From Myxococcota bacterium (lineage in GTDB: Bacteria > Myxococcota_A > Polyangia > JAAYKL01): a stretch of DNA of 64,000 bases. Of this stretch, positions 1-10,987 are shown piece by piece. The translations under genes were made by a program, and so were the position numbers. The stretch is taken from contig JANQET010000236.1 of the NCBI GenBank assembly GCA_028278265.1, positions 801 to 64,800 on the forward strand, read 5' to 3'. Every line of letters starts with the position of its first letter. Within the stretch, counting starts at the first letter, position 1. The notes beneath the pieces are model-generated. The model saw nothing but the letters and a program-made list of their open reading frames with translations. It had not been told where the DNA came from and did no database searches.

Positions 1-123
1 CAACGCGCGGATGCGCTGGGTCACACCGGTCTGGGAAAGACCGATTTTCGCGGCAGCGCCATAGACCGTGGAGTGGTTGACCACGGCGATAAATGCTTCT
101 AGTCCCGGGTGCAGTAAACTCAT
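1..123 (-). CDS. LysR-type transcriptional regulator, N-terminal HTH fragment (gene continues off the window start)
   Basis: Reverse-complement translation from the ATG at 123..121 gives MSLLHPGLEAFIAVVNHSTVYGAAAKIGLSQTGVTQRIRAL, a typical LysR HTH. Divergent from argG. Confidence 0.5.
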   Translation of the reverse strand, partial: MSLLHPGLEAFIAVVNHSTVYGAAAKIGLSQTGVTQRIRAL

Positions 124-257
124 CTCGAGTCATCGATAATACAAAAAAATGAATTTTTCAACAGGAAAAGCGTGCGTTAGGGTCGCCCTGCTTCTCGGCC
201 GAGCAACAGGTCGAGCATGAGGCGCCACAACCGGAGTGGCTCGAAAAGGTGGAAAAA

Positions 258-1517
258 ATGTGTGCGAAGAAAGACGAAAAGAAAGTTGTACTGGCTTACA
301 GCGGCGGATTGGACACGTCGATCATACTCAAATGGATAATTGAGCAGGGATACGAAGTGATCGCCTATGTGGCGGATGTGGGACAGGACGATGATTTCGG
401 GGCGGTCGAGCAAAAGGCGCTCAAGATCGGCGCGAGCAAGGTGTTCATCGAGGATTTAAAGTCCGAATTCGTCACCGACTACATCTTTCCCATGTTCAAG
501 GCCAATGCCCTGTACGAGGGGCGATACCTGCTCGGCACGGCAATCGCCCGCCCCCTGATCGCCAAGCGGCAGATCGAAATCGCCCAACAGGAAGGAGCAG
601 CCTATGTCGCCCATGGGGCCACCGGTAAGGGCAATGACCAGGTGCGATTTGAGCTCTCCTACTACGCCCTCGATCCCAATATCAAAGTGATCGCGCCCTG
701 GAAAACACAATCTTTCCTCGATGAGTTCAAAGGCCGGACCGATTTGATTCGTTACGCCGAAAAACACCACATCGAGATCAAATCGACCATCGACAAGCCG
801 TACAGCGAGGACGACAATCTGCTGCACATCAGCCACGAAGCGGGCATCCTGGAGGCGCCGGAGTACACCGCCCCCGAGGAGGTCTACACCAAGTCGGTGG
901 CCCCGGAGGATGCGCCGGACACACCGGTCCACATCTCGATTACCTTTAAAGACGGGGTGCCGGTGCGGGTCAAGAACGGGCACAGCGGCCAGGTGGTCGA
1001 GACCCCCCTCGAGCTGTTTTCGTATCTCAACGAGCTGGGCAAGGCCCACGGTATCGGCCGGACCGACCTGGTGGAGAACCGCTTCGTGGGGATCAAATCC
1101 CGGGGCATCTACGAGACCCCCGGCGGGACCATCCTCTATGCGGCCCATCAGGACATCGAGGGAATTGCAATGGACCGCGAAGTGATGCGGCTGCGGGATA
1201 TGCTGTCGGCCAAGTTGGCGGAGTTGATCTACAACGGCTTTTGGTTTAGCCCGGAGATGGATTTTCTGATGTCGGCGATCGACAAGAGCCAGGAGCTGAT
1301 CGATGGTACGGTCCATCTCAAGTTGTACAAGGGAGGGGTCTACGTGCTCAGTCGCCAAAGCCCCAGCTCCCTGTACAACAAGGAACTGTCGAGCATGGAC
1401 GTGGAAGGCGGGTTCGACCAGAAGGACGCCCACGGGTTTATCCGGATCAACGCGATTCGGCTGATGGCCCACCACGAGATTCTCAAGAAACGCCTGGCCA
1501 ACGGCGGCGCCGTCTAA
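258..1517 (+). CDS. argG: argininosuccinate synthase
   Basis: [15 protein letters not shown]-loop and full-length ArgG-like sequence. ATG at 258 is preceded by AAGGTGG; the track start at 249 is GTG. Confidence 0.93.
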   Translation: MCAKKDEKKVVLAYSGGLDTSIILKWIIEQGYEVIAYVADVGQDDDFGAVEQKALKIGASKVFIEDLKSEFVTDYIFPMFKANALYEGRYLLGTAIARPLIAKRQIEIAQQEGAAYVAHGATGKGNDQVRFELSYYALDPNIKVIAPWKTQSFLDEFKGRTDLIRYAEKHHIEIKSTIDKPYSEDDNLLHISHEAGILEAPEYTAPEEVYTKSVAPEDAPDTPVHISITFKDGVPVRVKNGHSGQVVETPLELFSYLNELGKAHGIGRTDLVENRFVGIKSRGIYETPGGTILYAAHQDIEGIAMDREVMRLRDMLSAKLAELIYNGFWFSPEMDFLMSAIDKSQELIDGTVHLKLYKGGVYVLSRQSPSSLYNKELSSMDVEGGFDQKDAHGFIRINAIRLMAHHEILKKRLANGGAV

Positions 1518-1533
1518 CCGCGAGGAGCTCGAG

Positions 1534-2745
1534 ATGAAGTTGTGGCGCAAAGGAGAAGGGGACGACCTGGACCCGCTGATCGAAGCGTTCACCGTGGGCA
1601 ATGACCACCTGCTCGATCAGCGATTGGTGCCCTATGACTGCCGCGCTTCAACGGCCCACGCCAAAATGCTGTGTAAAATCGGTGTGTTGACCGATGAGGC
1701 GCGGGATGCGCTGTGTCGCACCCTCGAGCAAATCGCCGCGCTCGCCGACGAGGACAAATTTCCCATTGAACAGTCGGACGAAGACTGCCACACGGCGATA
1801 GAAAACCACCTCATCAAAGAGCTGGGTGATGTGGGCAAGACGATTCACACGGCTCGCTCCCGCAACGATCAAGTGCTCACCGCCCTTCGGCTCTACGAGA
1901 AAGACGCCCTCGGCGAGCTCAAACAACTGCTCGAAACCTACCGCACGGAGCTCGATGACGTGGTGCATCGTCAGGGCACCGTTCCCCTGCCCGGGTACAC
2001 CCACACCCAACGGGCCATGCCCGCCTCAGTGGCGATGTGGGCCGGAAGCTTTGCCGACGGGGCGGCAGGGGATGTTCGGCAGGTGGACCATACCATCGAG
2101 ATGATCGACCAGTCGCCGCTGGGCAGCGCCGCGGGGTTCGGCGTGCCGGTGTTGGGGATCGATCGCCAAATGACCGCCGATATTCTCGGCTTTGCCCAGG
2201 TGATGGACAACCCGATGTCGGCCCAGCTCAGCCGGGGAAAGTTCGAAGCGGCGATCCTCGGCGTCTGCGCCCAGATCATGTACGACCTCAACAAGCTGGC
2301 CAGCGACCTGATCCTGTTCAACACGCGGGAATTCGGGTTTGTCGAGCTCGACGAGCGGGTCTGTACAGGCAGCTCGATCATGCCGCAGAAGAAGAATCCC
2401 GATGTGTTGGAGCTGCTGCGGGCCAAGTACCACGAGGTGCTGGGCGAGGAGTTCAAAATCAAGAGTCTCGGCGGCAATCTGATCTCCGGCTACCATCGGG
2501 ATCTACAATTGACCAAGGGGGCGTTGTTTAATGGGATTGACACCACCGCATCTTGCCTTAAGGTAGTCGCCGCGGTGCTGGGCGGGCTGCGCTTCAACGA
2601 GTCCACCTGCCGCGCGGCGATGACCGATGAGCTTTACGCCACAGAACGCGCCTACACCCTGGTCGACCAGGGGGTGCCGTTCAGAGAGGCCTACCAACAG
2701 GTGGCCGCGGCTTATCGAGACAAAGGGAACAAAGGAAACCCATGA
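1534..2745 (+). CDS. argH: argininosuccinate lyase (rather short, 403 aa)
   Basis: Fumarate-lyase family motifs (TARSRNDQV, GSSIMPQKKNPD). Stop overlaps the carA start (ATGA). Confidence 0.88.
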   Translation: MKLWRKGEGDDLDPLIEAFTVGNDHLLDQRLVPYDCRASTAHAKMLCKIGVLTDEARDALCRTLEQIAALADEDKFPIEQSDEDCHTAIENHLIKELGDVGKTIHTARSRNDQVLTALRLYEKDALGELKQLLETYRTELDDVVHRQGTVPLPGYTHTQRAMPASVAMWAGSFADGAAGDVRQVDHTIEMIDQSPLGSAAGFGVPVLGIDRQMTADILGFAQVMDNPMSAQLSRGKFEAAILGVCAQIMYDLNKLASDLILFNTREFGFVELDERVCTGSSIMPQKKNPDVLELLRAKYHEVLGEEFKIKSLGGNLISGYHRDLQLTKGALFNGIDTTASCLKVVAAVLGGLRFNESTCRAAMTDELYATERAYTLVDQGVPFREAYQQVAAAYRDKGNKGNP

Positions 2746-3860
2746 CGGTTAAGCAGGTAAAGTTAGTTCTCGAAGACCAGACCGAATTTCTGGGACAGAG
2801 CTTTGGCGCCGATCGCCCGGCGGCCGGCGAGGTGGTCTTCAACACGGGGATGGTGGGATATCCCGAAACCCTCACCGACCCGTCGTATCGGGGTCAGCTG
2901 CTCGCGCTGACCTATCCCTTGGTCGGAAATTACGGAGTGCCGGGACCCGAACGGGATGAACACGGGATCCCGCTCCATTTCGAGTCGGGCCAGATTCAAA
3001 TCAGTGGGCTTTTGGTCTGTGAGTATTCACAACACTACAGCCACTTCGACGCCCTGCAGAGCCTGGGACAGTGGCTCGCCGACGCGGGCATCCCCGCGGT
3101 GACGGGCATCGACACCCGGGCCCTGACCCGCCGGCTGCGCGAGAAGGGCACCATGTTGGGCAAAATCGTCTCGGCCGATGACGAAGTGCCCTTCTTCGAT
3201 CCCCGTACCCGGGACATGGTTTCCCTGGTCAGTCCGAAAGAGATCTCCGAGCTGGGCGCACCGAGGAAAGAGGCACCGACGGTGGTGTTGCTCGACTGCG
3301 GCTGCAAGGGGAGCATCGCCCGCTCCATCGTGAAGCGGGGGATTCACGTGGTGCGCGTGCCCTATGACCACTATTTCCTCGATTTGGATTACGACGGTCT
3401 GTTGATTTCAAACGGACCGGGGGATCCACAGATGTGCGCGGCCACGATTCGCCACGTGGAGCACGCCTTGGCCGTGGGCAAACCGATTTTGGGCATCTGC
3501 CTGGGACATCAGATTCTCGCCCTGGCCGGCGGTGCGGAGACCTACAAGCTCAAATTCGGCCACCGCAGCCAAAACCAACCCTGCGTGGCGTACGAAGAGA
3601 ATGGCAACGGCAAGCCCGCCCTGTCCAAGCGCTGCGTGATCACCTCGCAGAATCACGGGTATGCGGTGCGCGCCGACCGGATGGGCAACGATTGGAGGCC
3701 CTGGTTTCAAAACGCCAACGACGGCACGATAGAGGGCATTCGCCACCGCTCCAAACCGTTTTGGGGCGTGCAGTTTCACCCGGAGGCCAAACCCGGACCC
3801 ACCGATACGGCGTGGATTTTCGACGAATTCACCCGAGCAGTTAAAGAAGGACGCAGATGA
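2742..3860 (+). CDS. carA: carbamoyl-phosphate synthase small (glutamine amidotransferase) subunit
   Basis: N-terminal CPSase small-chain domain plus class-I GATase with GICLGHQ active-site Cys. ATGA overlap with carB. Confidence 0.95.
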   Translation: MTVKQVKLVLEDQTEFLGQSFGADRPAAGEVVFNTGMVGYPETLTDPSYRGQLLALTYPLVGNYGVPGPERDEHGIPLHFESGQIQISGLLVCEYSQHYSHFDALQSLGQWLADAGIPAVTGIDTRALTRRLREKGTMLGKIVSADDEVPFFDPRTRDMVSLVSPKEISELGAPRKEAPTVVLLDCGCKGSIARSIVKRGIHVVRVPYDHYFLDLDYDGLLISNGPGDPQMCAATIRHVEHALAVGKPILGICLGHQILALAGGAETYKLKFGHRSQNQPCVAYEENGNGKPALSKRCVITSQNHGYAVRADRMGNDWRPWFQNANDGTIEGIRHRSKPFWGVQFHPEAKPGPTDTAWIFDEFTRAVKEGRR

Positions 3861-6800
3861 AATCGATTGCAACGGCGTTGGTGCTCGGCAGCTCGGCGCT
3901 CAAGATCGGCGAGGCCGGAGAGTTCGACTACTCGGGCAGTCAGGCGATCAAAGCGCTCCAGCAGGAGGGCATCCGCACCATCTTAATCAATCCCAACGTG
4001 GCCACCATTCAAACCTCCGAGGGGTTGGCCGACGAGATCTACTTTATTCCGGTCAAACCCGAGTTCGTCGAAACCGTGATTGAGCGGGAACGTCCCGACG
4101 GTATCCTGCTCGGCTTCGGCGGCCAGACAGCGTTGAATTGCGGCCTGGAGCTGGCCCGCCGCGGCGTGCTGAAAAAATACGGGGTCGAGGTGCTCGGCGC
4201 GCCGATCGCCACGATCGAGGACACCGAGGACCGGGAGCGCTTCGTCGCTCGTCTGGACGAAATCCAGGTGGACACACCGCGCAGCGAGCCCACCACCAGC
4301 GTGGAGCAAGCCCTCGAAGCTGCCGAGGCGATCGGCTACCCCTGCATGGCGCGGGTGGCTTATGCCCTCGGCGGGCTCGGCTCGGGTATCTGCCGCGACA
4401 AAGAGGCGCTCGAGGAGTTGGCCACCAGAGCGTTTGCCCACACGGACCAGCTGTTGATCGAAGAATACCTCGAGGGGTGGAAAGAGCTGGAGTACGAAAT
4501 CGTCCGCGACCGTTATGACAACTGCATCACCGTCTGCAACATGGAGAACATCAACCCGATGGGGATCCATACGGGTGAAAGCATGGTGGTCGCGCCGAGC
4601 CAGACCCTGAGCGACGACGAATACCACCAGTTGCGCGAGTTGGCGCTGAAGGTGGTGCGCCACTTGGGGGTGGTCGGGGAGTGTAACATCCAGTACGCCC
4701 TCTCGCCCAAGGGCAACGCCTACCGGGTGATCGAGGTCAATGCTAGGCTGTCCCGCTCATCGGCGCTGGCCTCAAAGGCGACGGGGTATCCCCTGGCGTT
4801 TGTCGCAGCCAAGCTCGCCCTGGGCAAGTCACTGACCGAAATAGACAACTCGGTGACCAAGGCCACCTGCGCCTGTTTCGAGCCGGCGCTGGACTACATC
4901 GTGGTAAAGGCCCCCCGGTGGGATCTGAAGAAATTTCAGGGGGTCTCCGAGCAGATCGGCTCGGCGATGAAGTCGGTCGGCGAGGTGATGTCGATTGGCC
5001 GCACCTTCGAAGAGGCGCTGCAAAAGGCGTTGCGCATGTTGGAGATCGGCGCCAAGGGAGCAGTCTGCAATGACGGGATAACCTTTGACGATCTTCAATC
5101 TGAGCTGGCCAATCCGACCGATCGCAACATCTTTGCCGTAGCCCAGGCGCTGGAGCAGGGGATGAGCGTCGAGCAGGTGTGCGAGATCACCCGGATCGAT
5201 CGCTGGTTCGTCGACAAGCTGGCCCGCCTGGTCGAGCTCGTTCAGCAGCTCAAACGACAGGGGAGCAAGACGGTTGCCAAGCCGCTGATGCTCGAAGCCA
5301 AGCAGGCCGGGTTTTCCGACGCGCAAATTGCGCTGGCCACCGGCAAGAGCGAAGCGGATGTGTTCGCCCGCCGACAGAAGCTGGGGGTGACCCCCTGGGC
5401 CAAGCAAATAGACACCCTCGCCGCCGAGTACCCGGCTGCAACAAATTACCTCTACCTGACCTATCACGGACAGGAGCACGACGTGGGGTTCGAGCAGGGC
5501 GCGGTGACCATCCTGGGACCGGGCGCCTACCGCATCGGCAGCTCGGTGGAGTTCGACTGGTGTTGTGTCAACACGGCCAAGACCCTGCGCACGCTCAACT
5601 ACCGCACGATCATGGTCAACCACAATCCAGAGACCGTGAGCACCGACTACGACGAGTGCGACCGGCTCTATTTTGAAGAGCTCTCTTTTGAGACGGTGCG
5701 GGAGATCTATGCCCTGGAAAAACCGCTGGGCCTCATTCTCTCGATGGGTGGACAGATCCCCAACAACCTGGCTGTGCGATGTGCCGATGCGGGAATGCGG
5801 GTTTTAGGCACCTCCCCCAAGGACGTGGATCGGGCCGAAAATCGCAACACCTTTTCGAGTCTGCTGGAGACGCTGAACGTGCCCCAACCCCCCTGGCGGG
5901 AGCTGACCTCGTTTCAACAGGCCTACGATTTTGCCCAAGAGGTTGGGTTTCCGGTGTTGGTGCGGCCCTCGTATGTGTTGTCCGGCGCGGCGATGGCCGT
6001 GGCCGTGGACGAGACCCAGCTGGCCGATTTTCTCGACAAGGCGGCCGAGATCTCGCCGGACTATCCGGTGGTGATCAGCAAGTTCGTCGACAACGCCAAA
6101 GAGATCGATGTCGATGCGGTGTCTCAGGATGGGGAAATCGTGGCCTGGGCCGTTTCCGAGCACGTGGAAAATGCGGGGGTGCACTCGGGTGACGCGACCC
6201 TGGTCCTGCCTCCCCAGCGCACTTACTTGGAGACCATGCGGCGCATCCGTCAGGTGACCGCGCACGTGGCCCGCTCCCTGTCGATCAACGGGCCGTTCAA
6301 CATTCAGTTTCTGGCCAAGAACAATCAGGTGATGGTGATTGAGTGCAATGTGCGGGCGTCGCGGAGCTTTCCCTTTGTCTCCAAAGTGCTCAAGAAGAAC
6401 TTCATCGATATTGCCACGCGGGTGATCATGGGGCGGCCGTTCAGCTCGCCTGAGCGGTCATTTCTCGATCTCGATTACGTGGGGGTCAAAGCGCCCCAGT
6501 TTTCGTTCACCCGGCTCGAAGGGGCGGATCCCACCCTCGGTGTGGAGATGGCGTCCACCGGTGAGGTGGCTTGCCTGGGCATCGATTTTGACGAGGCGTT
6601 CTTAAAAGCGCTGATTTCGGTGGGATTCAGGTTTCCGCTGAAGAGCGTGTTGCTCTCCACCGGCCCGATTGAGAGCAAGGCCGCCTTTTTGAATGGGGCT
6701 AAACGGTTGCGGCGGCTGGGGATTGAGCTCTACGCCACCGGCGGCACGGCCGAATTTCTCGCGCGCAACGACATCGAGTCGACCGTGCTCAGCTGGCCGC

Positions 6801-7042
6801 TGGATGAGAAACCCAACAGCGCCATCGACGTGATCAAGAAGCGCCAGGTCGATCTGGTGATCAACATCCCCAAGCACTATCAAAAAGAAGAGCTGGCCAA
6901 CGACTACCTGATCCGCCGCGCTGCGGTCGACTTCGACGTCCCCCTGCTGACCAATCTCCAACTGGCCCAACGCCTCACCGAAGCGCTCGAGCGCATTCCG
7001 ATGGATCAGCTCAAGGTGCGCCGCTGGAGCAGCTACGAGTAG
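3857..7042 (+). CDS. carB: carbamoyl-phosphate synthase large subunit
   Basis: 1061 aa with two ATP-grasp halves, an oligomerisation domain and an MGS-like C-terminus. Unmistakable CarB sequence. Confidence 0.97.
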   Translation: MKSIATALVLGSSALKIGEAGEFDYSGSQAIKALQQEGIRTILINPNVATIQTSEGLADEIYFIPVKPEFVETVIERERPDGILLGFGGQTALNCGLELARRGVLKKYGVEVLGAPIATIEDTEDRERFVARLDEIQVDTPRSEPTTSVEQALEAAEAIGYPCMARVAYALGGLGSGICRDKEALEELATRAFAHTDQLLIEEYLEGWKELEYEIVRDRYDNCITVCNMENINPMGIHTGESMVVAPSQTLSDDEYHQLRELALKVVRHLGVVGECNIQYALSPKGNAYRVIEVNARLSRSSALASKATGYPLAFVAAKLALGKSLTEIDNSVTKATCACFEPALDYIVVKAPRWDLKKFQGVSEQIGSAMKSVGEVMSIGRTFEEALQKALRMLEIGAKGAVCNDGITFDDLQSELANPTDRNIFAVAQALEQGMSVEQVCEITRIDRWFVDKLARLVELVQQLKRQGSKTVAKPLMLEAKQAGFSDAQIALATGKSEADVFARRQKLGVTPWAKQIDTLAAEYPAATNYLYLTYHGQEHDVGFEQGAVTILGPGAYRIGSSVEFDWCCVNTAKTLRTLNYRTIMVNHNPETVSTDYDECDRLYFEELSFETVREIYALEKPLGLILSMGGQIPNNLAVRCADAGMRVLGTSPKDVDRAENRNTFSSLLETLNVPQPPWRELTSFQQAYDFAQEVGFPVLVRPSYVLSGAAMAVAVDETQLADFLDKAAEISPDYPVVISKFVDNAKEIDVDAVSQDGEIVAWAVSEHVENAGVHSGDATLVLPPQRTYLETMRRIRQVTAHVARSLSINGPFNIQFLAKNNQVMVIECNVRASRSFPFVSKVLKKNFIDIATRVIMGRPFSSPERSFLDLDYVGVKAPQFSFTRLEGADPTLGVEMASTGEVACLGIDFDEAFLKALISVGFRFPLKSVLLSTGPIESKAAFLNGAKRLRRLGIELYATGGTAEFLARNDIESTVLSWPLDEKPNSAIDVIKKRQVDLVINIPKHYQKEELANDYLIRRAAVDFDVPLLTNLQLAQRLTEALERIPMDQLKVRRWSSYE

Positions 7043-7116
7043 CGCACGGGGGGATGCCAGCGTATAATTTAGCGGGATCTTTATTGCGCGATACGCTAAG
7101 TTGGTCGTCAGGTTAA

Positions 7117-8154
7117 ATGTTTGGACACACCCACGGGGGGCGGAATCTGAACTCCGGCGGCGGATGCCGTCGTGGGTTGGGACTTATTTCTATCGTCCTC
7201 CTTCTCTCACTGCCCCAGTCGGTCGACGGTCGGAAAGTGCGCACCGTTCATACGGTCAAGACCGGCGAGTCGGTGGCCAGTGTGGCCGATTTCTACGGGG
7301 TGTCCCAGCGGGATTTGCGGGAGCTCAACAAGCTGCGCAAAGGCAAGGGACTGCGAATTGGGCAGAAGCTGCGGATCCCCAATGTGTTGCGGGTCAACGG
7401 CAGGAAGTATCGCGTGAAGCCCGGAGACTCCCTGGCCTTGATCGCCGGCCGGTTCGGGCGGTCGGTGGAGCGGATCGCCGCGGCCAACAAACTGAGCCGC
7501 AAAGCGGTGCTCTCAGTGGGTCAGACCCTGGTCATTCCCGATCGGGAAAACTCGAGCAAGACCATTGCGCTCAAAGGTCGGCGCACCAAGTCCATTTTGT
7601 TTATCCGGCTGGCCAATGGCGAACGGGCGAGACTGCGATTGTACGGCAATTCGGGTCGAATCCTTCCGGGGAGTGTCAACCGTCTCAGCCGCCTGGCGCG
7701 AGAGAGAAGGGGCCGGCAGCGGGTCAAACGACTGCATTATCGGCTGATTGAGATGCTCCAACGGGTCGCGTGGCAGTTTCCGGACAAACCGATCCGAATC
7801 CTCTCCGGCTATCGTCCCCAATCGAGCGGCAATGAGACCCAGCACGCGTTCGGCCGGGCGGTCGATTTTCGCATGCCCGGGGTGCCGACCCGGAGCATCT
7901 TCCAATTCTGCAAAACACTCTCCCGTTCGGGATGCGGTTATTATCCGGTGAAGAACTTCGTGCATATGGATGCGCGGGAGAGACGGTTCAGCTGGATCCG
8001 GCCCGAGCCCCAAAAAAAGAAACCGGCCGTTTCTGAACCGGCGCCGACCGCCCCTTCGCCGCCGACATCCCCCCCGGCGCCGACAACGCCCCCGCCACCG
8101 ACCTCTCCGCCGGCGCCCACTTCCCCACTGCCTATACCGAACACGGGCACCTAG
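7117..8154 (+). CDS. LysM-domain protein with peptidase M15A / DUF882 (YcbK-like) domain and Pro-rich C-terminal tail
   Basis: LysM repeats (VKTGESVASVADFYGVS, KPGDSLALIAGRFG). DUF882-like HxxxxxD...H motif (HAFGRAVDF...FVHMD). C-terminal PAPT/PPTS repeats. Confidence 0.72.
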   Translation: MFGHTHGGRNLNSGGGCRRGLGLISIVLLLSLPQSVDGRKVRTVHTVKTGESVASVADFYGVSQRDLRELNKLRKGKGLRIGQKLRIPNVLRVNGRKYRVKPGDSLALIAGRFGRSVERIAAANKLSRKAVLSVGQTLVIPDRENSSKTIALKGRRTKSILFIRLANGERARLRLYGNSGRILPGSVNRLSRLARERRGRQRVKRLHYRLIEMLQRVAWQFPDKPIRILSGYRPQSSGNETQHAFGRAVDFRMPGVPTRSIFQFCKTLSRSGCGYYPVKNFVHMDARERRFSWIRPEPQKKKPAVSEPAPTAPSPPTSPPAPTTPPPPTSPPAPTSPLPIPNTGT

Positions 8155-8155
8155 C

Positions 8156-10987
8156 ATGGCCGATCGGCGCGCCAACGATGTCCAGAAGCAGATCCGCTAC
8201 TTGACCAGTTGTTATCGCGCGGACAATCGTGAAACGGCGATTACTGATTTTTTCAGTGAAAAAGTGACCCATCGCATCGTTCTGTCCGGTAGCGATGATT
8301 TGCTGAACGGATTGTTTCCCAAAGTCCCAATTGATTATTTCAAGGCCGTGGAAGCGAAAAAAGCCGCCGCCATTGCCAAACGCGAGAAATCCCTGCTGTA
8401 CGGGGCATTTTTTCTGGTGGGCTCAATTCGCAGTTCCGGGTCCAAACGGATCAATATTTGCGCCCCGCTGCTCCTGTTTCCGGCCGAGATCGGGCACACC
8501 GAGGACGGGGCTTGGGTGACCATCGATTTTGGCATGCGTCAAATCAACACCCATGCCATCCGCAAGGTGTTGAACCCTCAAGACGAGAGCGCGGCAGCTC
8601 ACGATGATCTGTTTGCCCACTTTCCCCCCACCCCGCTGGAGCCCGACGGATTAAATGATCTGATCAATCTGCTCGAAGACAACATTCCCGGCGTCTCGAC
8701 CGAGGCGATGTATGACTATCCCCAACTCTTGGACGAGAAACAATTTATCAACGCGGTCAAGGCCGCGCAACGGGCGAGATCGAAGATCAAGCGGCCCAAT
8801 CTTCAGTGCCTACCGGTCGGAGCGGTCGGGTTGGTCAAGAATTCGCCGGACACCCGCGGCATGCTCGCCGAGTTGAGCACTCTCGCCCACAGCACGCGGT
8901 TTTCCACGCCCCTAATGACGCTGTTTGCCAATTCAACGAAGACACCGGAACCCGTCAAAACCGCACCGCCGGTCTGCGTGCCGACCGTCCTGAGCGCAGC
9001 CCAACGACGAGCGTTGGAATCGATATTGCGGGCTGATCTCACCCTCATTATCGGACCACCCGGAACGGGGAAGTCCTATACGATTGCGGCGTTGGCCCTG
9101 GACCAGATGGCGCGGGGGAAATCAGTGATTGTCGCCTCTCGAATGGATCAGGCGGTCAACGTTGTGGGGGACAAGATTGAGGGGATTATCCAGGAGCCCG
9201 GCTACGCGGTCCGTGCGGGTCGTAAGCAATATCTGAAGAGCCTCAAGCAATTTTTGATTTCAATCCTGGACCATAGCGCCGCGAGATACCTGGTGGCGCC
9301 CTCGCTGATTGATGAGACCGAGAATCAATTGAACTCGCAACGGCGACTGCTGGCAAAGCTCGAACGTCAGCTGCGACATCGTGCCAAGTTGGAGTGCCAT
9401 TTTGGTGCGACCCAACCCAGTGCAACAACGGGCGTGTTGTCTCGTCTGGGACATAAATTGGCCCACACCTACTGGCGCGCACGGCTCACCGGTAAATCCC
9501 CGTTTTGGCAGATCGCCGAGCTGTACACTGCGACCTTGGAACAGCGAAACCAGAGCCTTGCTCGACTGCTCAAGTTGCGCTTTCGACAGCAGATATCCTG
9601 GACGCTCGACAACCACCGGGATGTGCTCAAGGAGCTCCTCCGAGCGGTGTCAGCGCGTACCGAACTTTCCCAATCCAAACTGTTCAGTTCCATTGATATG
9701 AGCATCGTGCTCAAGATTTTTCCAATTTGGCTCGTGTCGTTCGCCGATATTCACCAGGTGCTGCCCTTTGAGCCCGAGCTGTTCGATTTGGCGATAGTTG
9801 ACGAAGCCACTCAATGCGACATGGCCAGTGCGCTGCCCATTTTTCAGCGGGCTAAACGGGTTGCCGTCTCGGGTGACCCTCGTCAATTGCGCCATGTCTC
9901 CTTTCTGAGCCAGCAGCGGCAGAGGGGGATCGCCGCGAAGTGCCGGCTGGCTGATGATGACATTGCGCCATTGAACTACCGAGACGAGAGCTTGCTCGAT
10001 CTGGTCGACAACGCGCTCAAGAGCGGACGGCAGGTCGCGGCTCTTGACGAGCATTTTCGCAGCATGCCGGACATTATCCAGTTTTCGAATCAGGAGTTCT
10101 ACGGCAACCGGTTGAAAGTGCTCAGTGCGAGACCGCAGACCTTGGCTCGCCGAAACATCGAGATATGCCCGACCGGGGGCAGCCGAAACGCACAGGGACA
10201 GAATAAGAAGGAGGCTGAAGCGCTGATTGGTCGACTGAAGCAGCTGATTGCGGAGGAGTCTGGATTGGATGCAGGTAAAGTGCGGACCATCGGTATCTTG
10301 TCACCGTTTAGAGCACAAGTCGATCATTTGAGGCGAACGGTGGAGAAACGGTGTGCTCTGGATGAGATCCTCAAACATCAGATTCAAGTGGGCACGGCCC
10401 ACTCCTTTCAAGGGGAGGAGAGGGATGTCATGTTGCTCTCCTTTGCCTTGGACGACCAATCCCATTCAGCGGCTTATCGTTTTATTGATCAGCCCGATGT
10501 GTTCAACGTATCGGTGACCCGGGCGCGCAGCCACCAAATTGTGTTCACCTCCTTTGAGATGGAAGTGCTCAATCCGGGCTCGCTGTTGTATCGGTATTTG
10601 GAAATGGCTGTCCAACGGTGCAGCCTCCATCCGGATGTGGATCCACTCAAAGACCAGTTTCTCACGCAGGTGGCCGAGCAATTGAAGAGGCACGGGTTCA
10701 CCGTCTGGCCGGATTACATTGTCGCCGGTGTCGATGTGGATTTGGTCGTCGAGAGATGCGGAAGAACCCTCGGGATCGATTTGATTGGTCATCCGGGGAA
10801 ATTCGCCGGTCTGATCGACCTGGAGTACTACCGAACCTTCCAGCGCGCGGGTCTATCGTTGTTTCCGTTGCCCTATTCAGCCTGGCAAAAGAACAGGGAG
10901 CACTGTGTCGAGAGCCTGATCACGGCCATCGAAAGAGAAGACGCCGGGTACCCACCCGACGTCATGACGATCGCTGGAGCAGGTTGA
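8156..10987 (+). CDS. Upf1/DNA2-like SF1 helicase with C-terminal PD-(D/E)xK (DUF559/Vsr-like) endonuclease-like domain
   Basis: Walker A GPPGTGKS, DEATQ (motif II), GDPRQL, VGTAHSFQGEERD, VSVTRAR. C-terminal DLVVE...IGIDLIGH resembles REase_MTES_1575/DUF559. True start is the ATG at 8156, right after the upstream TAG; the track's ORF start at 7970 is an Arg-rich read-through. Confidence 0.8.
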   Translation: MADRRANDVQKQIRYLTSCYRADNRETAITDFFSEKVTHRIVLSGSDDLLNGLFPKVPIDYFKAVEAKKAAAIAKREKSLLYGAFFLVGSIRSSGSKRINICAPLLLFPAEIGHTEDGAWVTIDFGMRQINTHAIRKVLNPQDESAAAHDDLFAHFPPTPLEPDGLNDLINLLEDNIPGVSTEAMYDYPQLLDEKQFINAVKAAQRARSKIKRPNLQCLPVGAVGLVKNSPDTRGMLAELSTLAHSTRFSTPLMTLFANSTKTPEPVKTAPPVCVPTVLSAAQRRALESILRADLTLIIGPPGTGKSYTIAALALDQMARGKSVIVASRMDQAVNVVGDKIEGIIQEPGYAVRAGRKQYLKSLKQFLISILDHSAARYLVAPSLIDETENQLNSQRRLLAKLERQLRHRAKLECHFGATQPSATTGVLSRLGHKLAHTYWRARLTGKSPFWQIAELYTATLEQRNQSLARLLKLRFRQQISWTLDNHRDVLKELLRAVSARTELSQSKLFSSIDMSIVLKIFPIWLVSFADIHQVLPFEPELFDLAIVDEATQCDMASALPIFQRAKRVAVSGDPRQLRHVSFLSQQRQRGIAAKCRLADDDIAPLNYRDESLLDLVDNALKSGRQVAALDEHFRSMPDIIQFSNQEFYGNRLKVLSARPQTLARRNIEICPTGGSRNAQGQNKKEAEALIGRLKQLIAEESGLDAGKVRTIGILSPFRAQVDHLRRTVEKRCALDEILKHQIQVGTAHSFQGEERDVMLLSFALDDQSHSAAYRFIDQPDVFNVSVTRARSHQIVFTSFEMEVLNPGSLLYRYLEMAVQRCSLHPDVDPLKDQFLTQVAEQLKRHGFTVWPDYIVAGVDVDLVVERCGRTLGIDLIGHPGKFAGLIDLEYYRTFQRAGLSLFPLPYSAWQKNREHCVESLITAIEREDAGYPPDVMTIAGAG

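Noticed and set aside
7513-8175. 220-aa Arg-rich antisense ORF opposite the LysM/M15A gene, and similar antisense ORFs inside carB (3983-4663, 4829-5623)
   Set aside because: These are typical high-GC antisense open frames, with no motifs. The sense strand encodes clearly conserved proteins.
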